Assembly (NCBI GenBank): GCA_032718475.1
Contig: JAUCBJ010005132.1
Location: forward strand, 1 to 45,341
Source of the DNA: Nemertoderma westbladi
Lineage: Eukaryota > Animalia > Xenacoelomorpha
DNA: 45,341 bases
Reading direction: 5' to 3'
In this document: positions 1 through 10,400 of the stretch, piece after piece
Position numbering within the stretch: position 1 is the first letter of the stretch
Layout: each line of letters starts with the position of its first letter
Program-made: the position numbers and the translations under genes
Notes under the pieces: generated by a model
What the model was told of the DNA's origin: nothing
The model's input: only the letters and a program-made list of their open reading frames with translations
Database searches by the model: none

Positions 1-81
1 CAACACTTCTTGCTATGGTGTCATTTATGGTATCCAATACGGGGGTGGAAAGCATTGGCGACTCGACATCAATAACCAGAT
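1..81 (-). CDS. Candidate downstream exon running off the window edge
   Basis: Acceptor tgtgtttccAG at 82-92, then open frame (D)LVIDVESPMLSTPVLDTINDTIARSV. Phase-compatible with the ...TTFV(G|AT) reading of 2555-2616. Confidence 0.35.
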
Positions 82-862
82 CTGGAAACACAATCACATG
101 TATTTTAATTAGCGAAACAATGAAGTTCCATTAAACAGTAACGCAGTTAAATTTTAAGAAAGAATATGGCAGCCTGTCGTAGTTTATTTGATGTGATGGC
201 AATGGGGGGCGAGTCAAAACTTCGAGCCATCAGCGAACTGTTATAATTATACTATGGCCGATTTCTAAAAGTCTGAGTGTGTGTGTGTCGTGTCGGAAGC
301 CATAATTGTCGGAAGCCAATTTATAACTAGCCATCCAATAGTATATGGTAATTATAATTGTTCGCTAAGATGGTTTGCAGCTTTAGCTGCACGAAGGCCC
401 CACTCGTGTCTAAAAGTGCTGCACCCCTATCAGCAAGTTACTGTAGTTATTGTTACGAGCTCAGCCATTCATTTGCTGGCAATTAGCAGTGTTGGATAGT
501 CGATCTGTTAGTTAGTGTAGGCCTACTACAGAATCTCCGTATGTGTATAGCCTGTATAGGCCTTCCTTTAACAATAACAAGTTGCGAAACAATACTATCT
601 AAGCCAATCAGAGACAACCGCGTATGTATGTATGTTGACATTCAGACATTGCCGGTTGAGTGGAGTGATCCTCCTTCTGTCCTTCTAATACTGTAATACA
701 ATAATAGCACCTCACATGCTCATCCCATTCACAATAGGCCTACTGCAATAATATTCCTGTAAATATTCTTGACCAGTTCGCCAATAATTCATTGGTATTA
801 TCAGATTATTGCTGTATTGGGGGCCGTCCAAGTATGACGTCAGCACTTTAGGGGGGGGAGGG

Positions 863-2393
863 CCCGTATGCTAAGTGATTTTTTTGTGCGCGGAACGCGA
901 CGCGGCGCAGAAAAAATGTGCGCCTGCGCAGTCGAAAACAGTGCAAAATCCGCGTGCGCAGCAGAAAAACTGCGCGAGATTGGCGCGCGCAGCAGAAATT
1001 CTGCGCGAGATTGGCGCGCACAGCAGAAATACTGCGCGAAATCTCCTACCACGTACCTGCCTGCCTACTGCTGTACTGGCCTAAAGCACACCAAGCAGCC
1101 AAGCAGCAAGTAGGAGGCTTATTATTTCAGTATTTCTTACAGTCTTATCTGTATTGTCATTACCCTGTTACCGGTAGTCGGCAGACTGCCAGGGGTAGCG
1201 GGTAGGTCTACTTACCGGTACTGACTGACTGACTTAGTGCTGTAGTGCAAGTCTGAGCCGTGCTATCAATTTTCTGCGCCTGCGCCTGCCTATATGGAAT
1301 ACTGACAAAAAGCGCGCCACACGCGTTCTGGTTAAACGAAAATCGCGCCAGCCATGATATCTAATGCGCGCCAAGCCAACAATTGACTATGAAATTTTGC
1401 AGTAATTCTGTAATTGCTTAATTGTAATAATTTGTCAGTTTATAATGCTGTAGCCCTACAATATTTTAACATTAAAATGCGAGCGTAGCGAGCAAGGAAA
1501 TTTTCCAATTATGTTAACATATATACAGTCTGACAGTAATAGTCAGATAGTGATGTAATTGTAGTTGCAGTAGTTGTAGGTCAACGTCAACTGAATGTTT
1601 TTAAATGCAGATGTGATCAAGATGCGAGCGTAGCGAGCATTACAATTTTAACATTTCAGCATTTAAAGTAGGCAAACCGACTGTTTTCAAATACAGAAAT
1701 GTAGATGTCATTAAATTGTGAGCTGGCGAGCGTAGCGAGCATGGGAATTCTGCTGAATCATGCAGGCTGTCATGGTCTTAGGCCTATTGGTTTGAAGAAT
1801 CTGACAATTGAAAAACTTTTGAAACAAGTCATGTTTTTAATGGTCATGCTCAATCTGTGCGTTTCCATTTGTCCACAGCCAGACAGTGCTAAGGGTAGGC
1901 TGGTTGGCTTACAGTATAAACGCGAGCGAAGCGAGCGGACATTTTTCAATCTTTTTAAACCTATGGAATATTTTCAAATAGACCTGTCATCTGTAGAGTG
2001 GGATGTGTTGCCAGTGCACTGCTACGCTACCTCCTACTGTCCTAACCTAACCCTACATCCATACTGCCATATTCGCGCCAGGACCGCCAGGATCCTCAAT
2101 GCGCGCCACACGCCCCTGTCACTACGCGCCAGGATCCTTAATCCGCGCCACACGCCCCTGTCACTACGCGCCAGGACCCTTAATCCGCGCCACACATGTT
2201 GAGCAAACTCTACATAAATTCCAACCTGGGCGCCTGTCGCGCCGCGCTCTAAATTTTCTGCGCCTGTCGCGCCGCGCTCTACATTTTCTGCGCGGCGCTG
2301 CGCTGCGCTCTCAATTTTCTGCGCCTGCTCCAAATTCTGGAAAAAATTGTGCGCCGAACGCGTTCGGCGTACATGCCCTACTTAGCAGAATGG
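863..2393. mobile_element. Non-autonomous DNA transposon, hAT-like (8-bp TSD)
   Basis: Imperfect 14-bp TIRs CCCGTATGCTAAGT / ACTTAGCAGAATGG flanked by direct GGGGAGGG (855-862, 2394-2401). CpG-rich subterminal repeats in inverted orientation (GCGCAG..AAAA left, TTTTCTGCGC right). Four internal GCGAGCG(T/A)AGCGAGC motifs. No transposase ORF. Confidence 0.7.
2074..2195 (+). repeat. 42-bp tandem repeat (~3 copies) inside the hAT-like element
   Basis: CGCGCCAGGATCCTTAATCCGCGCCACACGCCCCTGTCACTA recurs at ~2083, 2125 and 2167. Confidence 0.85.
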
Positions 2394-2554
2394 GGGGAGG
2401 GGGGTTGGGAAAATCTGATGACGTGCTGATGAGGGGAGGGGAGGGGGTCAGCCAAAATCTGACGTCTGCATGTTCATTTATAGGTGCTAGAAGAGATATA
2501 GCTATTATTACTTTAAACCTATTTGTATTGACTGTCTGATAGAATTAAACTCAC

Positions 2555-2616
2555 CAACGAATGTCGTTTGGCGTTGGGGAATTAATATTTGTTGTTCTTC
2601 GACGGATTGTTGGCTT
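2555..2616 (-). CDS. Candidate short C-terminal exon of the same gene
   Basis: Strong splice signals (cattttttttcAG ... TG|GTGAGT), 62 nt. Two frames are open (KPTIRRRTTNINSPTPNDIR or SQQSVEEQQILIPQRQTTFV). Phase not resolved and no recognisable homology. Confidence 0.45.
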
Positions 2617-3149
2617 CTGAAAAAAAAATGAAAAGTGAAAGTAACTTTATATTTCGCGGACATCGAATAGAAATAAAGTGGGTAGAGATTCTGAGAAAAA
2701 ACCGCACCTAATTAATGGCGAAACATAACGAAACGCTTGATCAAATTAACGCCACTAATTTAAATTTAGTTAGTGTTAGTGAGTAACCCCAAACAAATAA
2801 ACGATATCCCTCTAGTGACCTTTCTTTACTGGAGGAGTTCCCTTACAAAGTTTGTAATATTCAAACAAAATTACCTTATACCAAAAACCAAACCACCGCT
2901 TGTTTGGGACAATAATAGTCCGGCCTATATCTCAGAGCAAGATTCAGCCATGAATCCATGAGCCATGAATTCGCTTTATGGTCAACATTTCGAAAATGAA
3001 TAATTTTAATAGAAATAAAATGTTAAGAATATTTAAGGTACCCCAGAACTTTTCAAAAAATACAAATTTTCAAAACTTTTTTTATTAATTCTAAATCAGA
3101 ATTTAACGTAGATTTCAGAAATCTAAATCCTAACATCATATCGTAAGCT

Positions 3150-4200
3150 TAAGATGTCTGCTTTTCTGTTTGTCTGTCTATTGGTCTGTTTATCTGTCTG
3201 TCAACAAATTATGGATATCAATTTGTACACCACCTAACTGAAATTATTGCTACATGGGTTTTCGTGGTCGAGGAATTCATTTCCGGGGTAAGTTTTCAAA
3301 TTTGGCGTATTCTAGTTTGTCTGTCTGTTTGTCCGTCTGTCGGTCTGTCTGTCAAAAACATAACGAAGCACACTACGTAACTAAGATTTTCACTGTGGGT
3401 GTTTTTAAGGTCAGTGATTTTATTTCTGGTGTTATGTTTCCTGTTTGGATGGGTCTATTATGCCTGTCTATTTGTCTGTCAGTACAGACAGTAAGACATA
3501 CAGACAGACTTAAACAGACGCTCTAGGTTCATTCAATTATTAAAAATGACATCGTAAATGAAATCAGCGACAAGGAAAACCCCAATATCAGAAATTTTGT
3601 TCAGGTGATATGCCTCCTTCTATTTTGACTGACAGAAAGACAAACATAAAAACAGACAAACAGACACTCTAGGTTCAGTCAAATATTAAAATTGACATCG
3701 GAAATGGATTCAGCGACTAGGAAAACCCCCATATCACAAATTATAGTAAAGTGGTGTGTTTACTTATGTTTTGTCTGTGAGACCGACAGTCAGACAGACA
3801 TACAGATAGACAGACAGACAGACAGTCCAGATGTCATCAAACATTAAAACAGGTATTAGAAATTAAATCAGCGACTAGGAAAACCCCCACATCAGAAATT
3901 TTGTTCAGGTGATATGCCTCCTTATATTTTGACTGACAGACAGACAGAGATAAAAATAGACAAACAGACACTTTAGGTTCAGCCAAATATTAAAATTGAC
4001 ATCGGAAATAGATTCAGCGACTAGGAAAACCCCCATATCACAAATTATAGAAAAGTGGTGTGCTTACTTATTTATTGTCTGTGAGATTGACAGTCAGACA
4101 GACAGTCCAGATGTCATCAAACATCAAAACAAAACAGATATCAGACATGAACTCAGCGACTACGAAAATCCCTAAATCGTGAATTTTGGTTCGCTGGAGT
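3150..4200. repeat. Fold-back array of ~150-bp units with (GACA)n-like tracts; probable internal part of a non-autonomous DNA transposon
   Basis: Core TCAGCGACTAGGAAAACCCC at 3564, 3710, 3868, 4014 and 4153, with reverse-complement copies near 3267 and 3410. TGTCTGTC tracts switch to GACAGACA at ~3483. Confidence 0.75.
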
Positions 4201-4731
4201 AGTTTATTATATTTTGGCTTATTTTTGAAATTTCCCGCGATTTACATAAAATTAACGGGAAGGTTTGAAAACTTTAAACGCGTTATTCTCAGCATTTACT
4301 TTTTCGTGAAATTTAGAGATAAATGTACCTTTTTCTCGAAAACTGATGGAATTGGCTGAAAGCTTCGCAGCAGGTCTGTCAAAAACTGACACAATTGTGG
4401 AACCTTTAAAAACATATGTTTAAAACAATTATCAAATGTATTTCTAATATAAACTTCAAAAATGCGTCATTTTTTGGTTTTTGGTGCAATTAAAGTGACC
4501 CTCAAACATAGACACAAAAAATAATCTATTTTTTTTAGGTTCCAGGTGTGTTTCGATAGTTACTCCACCCTTCTGGAGATTTCCATGAAATTCAATCTTG
4601 TAGAACCAGCGTAATGGGTACATGAGTTAATAATAAAATGTATGGGGATAGCCTGGGGTACTGACGCGTAATCTTATCAGAGTACTTGATTAGGAATAAG
4701 TTACTAAGGCACTGACTGGGAAGTTACTAAC

Positions 4732-4872
4732 CCTAACTGTAACTTTCCGCCAAGAACCATCTTCCCGTACCAGTAACCTTGCCAACTGGTGCTGTTTCAG
4801 TGTTTTCACCATACTTCGGATTACCATTGATGGCGAGACTGTTTCGTGGATATTCACAGCTCTATGAATTCT
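4732..4872 (-). CDS. GRIN3: C-terminal-tail exon of GluN3-like receptor
   Basis: Acceptor attttttAG, phase 0, begins RIHRAVN, giving SQ|RIHRAVN (GluN3A SQRLHRAIN). Continues IHETVSPSMVIRSMVKTLKQHQLARLLVREDGSWRKVTVR. Best donor is AGG|GTTAGT at 4732, but the 3' boundary is less certain. Confidence 0.82.
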
Positions 4873-5299
4873 CTAAAAAATATCAGACGATTAATAATAT
4901 TATAGACACAGACGAATAAATAGCAAACTTATCAACAATAATGGTCAGATGAATTCAGTGAACATCAGCATACAACATACGAGTATAGTCATAGTGTGAT
5001 CCTCAGTTTAATTAATATAAAAGTGTATTCGAAATTACAAACAATATTCGTTGAAATCTAATTTTATATGTATAAAAAAAAGTTTGTTTAAATATATTAT
5101 ACGGTGTTCAGTAAGCATGCGTTAATATAAAACATTGAGCTGTGACAGGATAGCTGAGCATATTTTAAAAACATATGGTAATTAAGCTTAGCAGCTTAAA
5201 TAAATAAATTGATCCTCCTTCGTCTATAAGCCAAAGGGACTGGTGTAAACCTCTTAATGAACAGAAGTTTTCTCGACTAGTGAGCTCGTGTGACATGTA

Positions 5300-6310
5300 C
5301 TACCATCTTGCCAGATTACACGGAGTCTCCGCCCCTGGTGCTGGTGCTTGGCTACAAGCCCTCCCATCTGGAAACTTGGGTACACGCCTTTCTGATAATC
5401 AGCTAAGAATCTCTGCCTCCATCAGACTTGGAGCTTATGTGCACTGCCTGGGCGACAGGCGAGACACCGCCTATGTAACAAGGCAATAAGCGAAGCTCTT
5501 CGCTCGGCCGAGACACCATCAACCCTTGAACGCCTGTTCACCACCATGGGTGATCTTCCACAGTAAACCCTTCCACTCTGTTTCCCAAGTTGCCTTGGTT
5601 CCCATTTATCGACCACTGAATGATGAAAGCCGGGGTTTGGCTAGGCTGCAGCATTTAAAGCTCTGTGCCCAAATAGTGCTGCCCCATCTAGGGATCGAAC
5701 CAGGGCTCCCTAATTGGAAGCCCAGGAATGTCACCACTAGACCAAGCTGCTGCTTAACTTTCTGACAATAAAAGACCTGATGGCATTGCCCTCATCCCAT
5801 GGACTATTGGAAAGCCTGCAATGTGGGACTTCACTTGTGCGCACCGAATGGCCAATTCTTCCTCGGCAATTGCAATCAATGAAGGACCCTCTGTCGCCAC
5901 ATCACAAGGAAACCCAGAAGAACAGCAAGTATTCCGAGCTCGCATCATCCAATTCTGCCACTTTTACCCCGTCTCTTTCGAGACAACTGGCGGAATGGGT
6001 GAAGCGACTCGGAATTCCATTAAAGCAATTGGGAATAGGATCTCACAATCCTCTGGTGACCCACGAGCAACGTCATTCCTTCGCCAACGTCTCGGAATAC
6101 TTGTGCAGATTGGAAATGCACTCAGTGCATCTGTTTCCAGTAAACTCTCCCCTGATGCCTTAACACCAGCAATGCTTGATGTCCCTAGGTAGGCTTGCAT
6201 TCCATATTATTGATGTGTGGGGTAGTTTTTTTTATAGTTCTTCCTTTGTTTATGTTTTATTTATTTATTATTTACGATTAAATAATAAATAAATGTTTTT
6301 TTTATTTATA
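5300..6310 (+). mobile_element. Decayed 3' fragment of a CRE-like non-LTR retrotransposon (restriction-like endonuclease domain)
   Basis: Frameshifted pieces RLHGVSAPGAGAWLQALPSGNLGTRLSDNQLRISASIRLG, GRQARHRLCNKAISEALRSAETPSTLE, DNKRPDGIALIPWTIGKPAMWDFTC, KETQKNSKYSEL and FYPVSFETTGGMG...SGDPRATSFLRQRLGILVQIGNA, then an AT-rich tail. These are hallmark RH, RPDG, WD and QxGNA motifs. Confidence 0.85.
5535..5752 (-). mobile_element. tRNA-derived SINE (Gly-TCC-like head) inserted in the CRE-like element
   Basis: Pol III A box TGGTCTAGTGG (5744-5734), anticodon-like arm CTGGG-CTTCCAA-TTAGG, B box GGTTCGATCCC (5701-5691). Followed by GCTTTCATCATTCAGTGGTCGATAAATGGGAACCA, resembling Meta/Ceph-type SINE central domains. 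Confidence 0.8.
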
Positions 6311-6969
6311 ATAAATTTTTATTTCTTAATCATTTCCCAGTTCTAATTACTATAATTACTGCTTCTTTATGTAATGTTTGTCTAGTGTTTCAAAAATTCT
6401 ACCATCTTATTTTTATCATTTATCAACATCCTTCCTATTATCTATTATCTATTATCAATTGTTATTATTAGAATTAGAGTGATAAAAAAAAATGCTACAT
6501 AGTATTAATTAGCTGTTTTAAATATGAAAACATTCCAGAATGAAAAGAACATACTGTAGTACCGGTAGTTAATAATGTAATTTCCTAAACCTGTATTAAA
6601 AGATTTAAAAAAATTATTAGTTACTGCAACTATACAATAATACGAATTAAAAAAAAAATATTGGTACTTTAAAATCTAAGCTAAATCCAGACAAAAGGTA
6701 CACGGAGATTTTTTGAGTAACCTTTGCCTTATTACAAGGATAGGATTGTTCGAACATAGACCACAAACGTACAATAACTATTTGGCCCGCACTAAACTCT
6801 ATTAACTGATTCCTTTCAACTTGCGACATAAAATTCGAAATAAATCAAGTAAAAATTACCAAATTAGAGCATCCGAGATATAATAAAAGGATGACAATCT
6901 AAATAACTGACATATACATTTTCAACTTATAATGTTAATAAAATAATAATAATGTATTCGGCCATTCAC

Positions 6970-7175
6970 CTGACTTATAAATAATAAATAAGTTCGCCAT
7001 TTACTGCGCTCGGGTTGTAGTTTCAACCAGGGCACCAAGTATTTGTAGGCGACGAATTCGGCAATAAGGCACAATATAGCGATGAGGAGACCACATGCGA
7101 AGAATATGTAAATACCGATAGCGTGTTTGAGACCGAGACCCTGCTGTTTGTTTTGGAAAATATTGTCGGCGCACC
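6970..7175 (-). CDS. GRIN3: Exon encoding the conserved S2 Cys, M4 transmembrane helix and proximal C-tail of GluN3-like receptor
   Basis: Acceptor atttactttcAG, donor CAG|GTGAAT, 206 nt (phase 1 to 0). Translates (G)CADNIFQNKQQGLGLKHAIGIYIFFACGLLIAILCLIAEFVAYKYLVPWLKLQPERSKWRTYLLFISQ; compare GluN3A MGIKHFSGLFVLLCIG...GEHIVYRLLLP...WLHTSQ. Confidence 0.92.
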
Positions 7176-7474
7176 CTGAAAGTAAATAAAAGAACCGTTA
7201 AAGTAAATAAAGTAGGTATTAGAATGAAACATAGTAAATTAAAAGATAAATAAGGAAATTCTCAAAGGAAGTCTATGAATCACAATGTCATCTTCATGTT
7301 GTGATTGCTTAACAATAATTACCGATCGTGTAACACAACAAAAGATAAAGTTTAAGAAGATGACTATTTAATTCAGTAATACATAATATTGTAATTTATA
7401 CGTTAAGAATAATATGATTAAATCTCATCGAGGCAGCGAGGAGAATAACTGTAATCTTATCCAGTTCTAGATTA

Positions 7475-10400
7475 CTAACCCTTGCTGCACTATCTAACCC
7501 TTGCACTCTCTAACCCCTGTACTCTCTAACCCTTGTACTCTCTAACCCTCGCATTCTCTAACCCTTGTACTCTCTAACCCTTGTACTACCTAACCCTTGC
7601 TCTCTCTAACCCTTGTACTCTCTAACCCTTGTACTCTCTAACCCTTGTACTCTCTAACCCTTGTACTCTCTAACCCGTGCACTCTCTAACCCTTGTACTC
7701 TCTAACCCCTGTACTCTCTAACCCTTGTACTCTCTAACCCTTGTACTGTCTAACCCTTGTACTCTCTAACCCTTGTACTCTCTAACCCTTGTACTCCCTA
7801 ACCCTTGTACTATCTAACCCTTGTACTCTCTAACCCTTGTACTCTCTAACCCCTGTACTCTTTAACCCTTGTACTCTCTAACCCCTGTACTCTCTAACCC
7901 TTGTACTCTCTAACCCTTGTACTGTCTAACCCTTGTACTCTCTAACCCTTGTACTCTCTAACCCTTGTACTCCCTAACCCTTGTACTATCTAACCCTTGT
8001 ACTCTCTAACCCTTGTACTCTCTAACCCCTGTACTCTCTAACCCTTGTACTACATAACCCTTGCTCTCTCTAACCCTTGTACTCTCTAACCCTTGTACTC
8101 TCTAACCCTTGTACTCTCTAACCCTTGTACTCTCTAACCCGTGCACTCTCTAACCCTTGTACTCTCTAACCCCTGTACTCTCTAACCCGTGCACTCTCTA
8201 ACCCTTGTACTCTCTAACCCTTGTACTCTCTAACCCTTGTACTCCCTAACCCTTGTACTATCTAACCCTTGTACTCTCTAACCCTCGCATTCTCTAACCC
8301 TTGTACTCTCTAACCCTTGTACTACCTAACCCTTGCTCTCTCTAACCCTTGTACTCTCTAACCCTTGTACTCTCTAACCCTTGTACTCTCTAGCCCTTGT
8401 ACTCTCTAACCCGTGCACTCTCTAACCCTTGTACTCTCTAACCCCTGTACTCTCTAACCCTTGTACTCTCTAACCCTTGTACTCTCTAACCCTTGTACTC
8501 TCTAACCCTTGTACTCTCTAACCCGTGCACTCTCTAACCCTTGTACTCTCTAACCCCTGTACTCTCTAACCCTTGTACTCTCTAACCCTTGTACTGTCTA
8601 ACCCTTGTACTCTCTAACCCCTGTACTCTCTAACCCTTGTACTCTCTAACCCTTGTACTGTCTAACCCTTGTACTCTCTAACCCTTGTACTCTCTAACCC
8701 TTGTACTCCCTAACCCTTGTACTATCTAACCCTTGTACTCTCTAACCCTTGTACTCTCTAACCCCTGTACTCTCTAACCCTTGTACTCTCTAACCCTTGT
8801 ACTCTTTAACCCTTGTACTCTCTAACCCTTGTACTCTCTAACCCTTGTACTCTCTAACCCTTGTACTCTCTAACCCCTGTACTCTCTAACCCTTGTACTC
8901 TCTAACCCTTGTACTGTCTAACCCTTGTACTCTCTAACCCTTGTACTCTTTAACCCTTGTACTCTCTAACCCTTGTACTCTCTAACCCTTGTACTCTCTA
9001 ACCCTTGTACTCTCTAACCCTTGTACTCTCTAACCCTTGTACTCTCTAACCCTTGCACTCTCTAACCCTTGTACTCTCTAACCCGTGCACTCTCTAACCC
9101 GTGCACTCTCTAACCCTTGCACTCTCTAACCCTTGTACTCTCTAACCCTTGTACTCTCTAACCCTTGTACTCTCTAACCCTTGCACTCTCTAACCCGTGC
9201 ACTCTCTAACCCGTGCACTATCTAACCCGTGCACTCTCTAACCCGTGCACTCTCTAACCCGTGCACTCTCTAACCCTTGCACTCTCTAACCCTTGTACTC
9301 TCTAACCCGTGCACTCTCTAACCCGTGCACTCTCTAACCCTTGCACTCTCTAACCCTTGTACTCTCTAACCCTTGCACTCTCTAACCCTTGTACTCTCTA
9401 ACCCTTGTACTCTCTAACCCTTGTACTCTCTAACCTTTGTACTCTCTAACCCTTGTACTCTCTAACCCTTGTACTCTCTAACCCTTGTACTCTCTAACCC
9501 TTGTACTCTCTAACCCTTGCACTCTCTAACCCTTGCACTCTCTAACCCTTGTACTCTCTAACCCTTGTACTCTCTAACCCTTGTACTCTCTAACCCTTGC
9601 ACTCTCTAACCCTTGTACTCTCTAACCCTTGTACTATCTAACCCTTGTACTCTCTTACCGTTGCACTCTTTAACCCTTGTACTCTCTAACCCTTGTACTC
9701 TCTAACCCTTGTACTCTCTAACCGTTGCACTCTTTAACCCTTGTACTCTCTAACCCTTGTACTCTCTAACCCTTGTACTCTCTAACCCTTGTACTATCTA
9801 ACCCTTGTACTCCCTAACCCTTGTACTCTCTAACCCTTGTACTCTCTAACCCTTGCACTCTCTAACCCTTGTACTCTCTAACCCTTGTACTCTCTAACCC
9901 TTGTACTCTCTAACCCTTGCACTCTCTAACCCTTGTACTCCCTAACCCTCGCATTCTCTAAACCTTGCTCTCTCTAACCCTTGTACTCTCTAACCCTTGT
10001 ATTCTCTAACCCTTGTACTCTCTAACCCTTGTACTCTCTAACCATTGTACTCCCTAACCCTTGTACTCTCTAACCCTTGTACTCTCTAACCCTTGTACTC
10101 TCTAACCCTTGCACTCTCTAACCCTTGTACTCTCTAACCCTTGTACTATCTAACCCTTGTACTCTCTAACCGTTGCACTCTCTAACCGTTGCACTCTTTA
10201 ACCCTTGTACTCTCTAACCCTTGTACTCTCTAACCCTTGTACTCTCTAACCCTTGTACTATCTAACCCTTCTACTCCCTAACCCTTGCTCTCTCTAACCC
10301 TTGTACTCTCTAACCCTTGTACTCCCTAACCCTTGTACTCCCTAACCCTTGTACTCTCTAACCCTTGTACTATCTAACCCTTGTACTCTCTAACCGTTGC

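Larger units (their letters stand above)
819..2466. mobile_element. Short MITE-like element (GGGGGCCGTCCA...TGACGTCAG terminus, possibly Harbinger-like) interrupted by the 863-2393 insertion
   Basis: Removing 863-2393 rejoins a G-run-rich element with TGACGTCAG (836-844) and inverted CTGACGTC (2459-2466). A complete right TIR was not found. Confidence 0.45.

Noticed and set aside
840-2539. Several overlapping Arg/Ala-rich ORFs
   Set aside because: By-products of GC-rich transposon subterminal repeats; no transposase motifs.
5680-5752. Functional tRNA-Gly gene
   Set aside because: Acceptor stem does not pair convincingly, and it is followed by a SINE-like body inside another retroelement.
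6647-6829. 60-aa minus-strand ORF as an extra exon
   Set aside because: No clear splice signals or homology, and SQ|RIHRAVN joins directly without it.
7023-7232. 69-aa minus-strand ORF
   Set aside because: Wrong frame over the real M4 exon (7175-6970).
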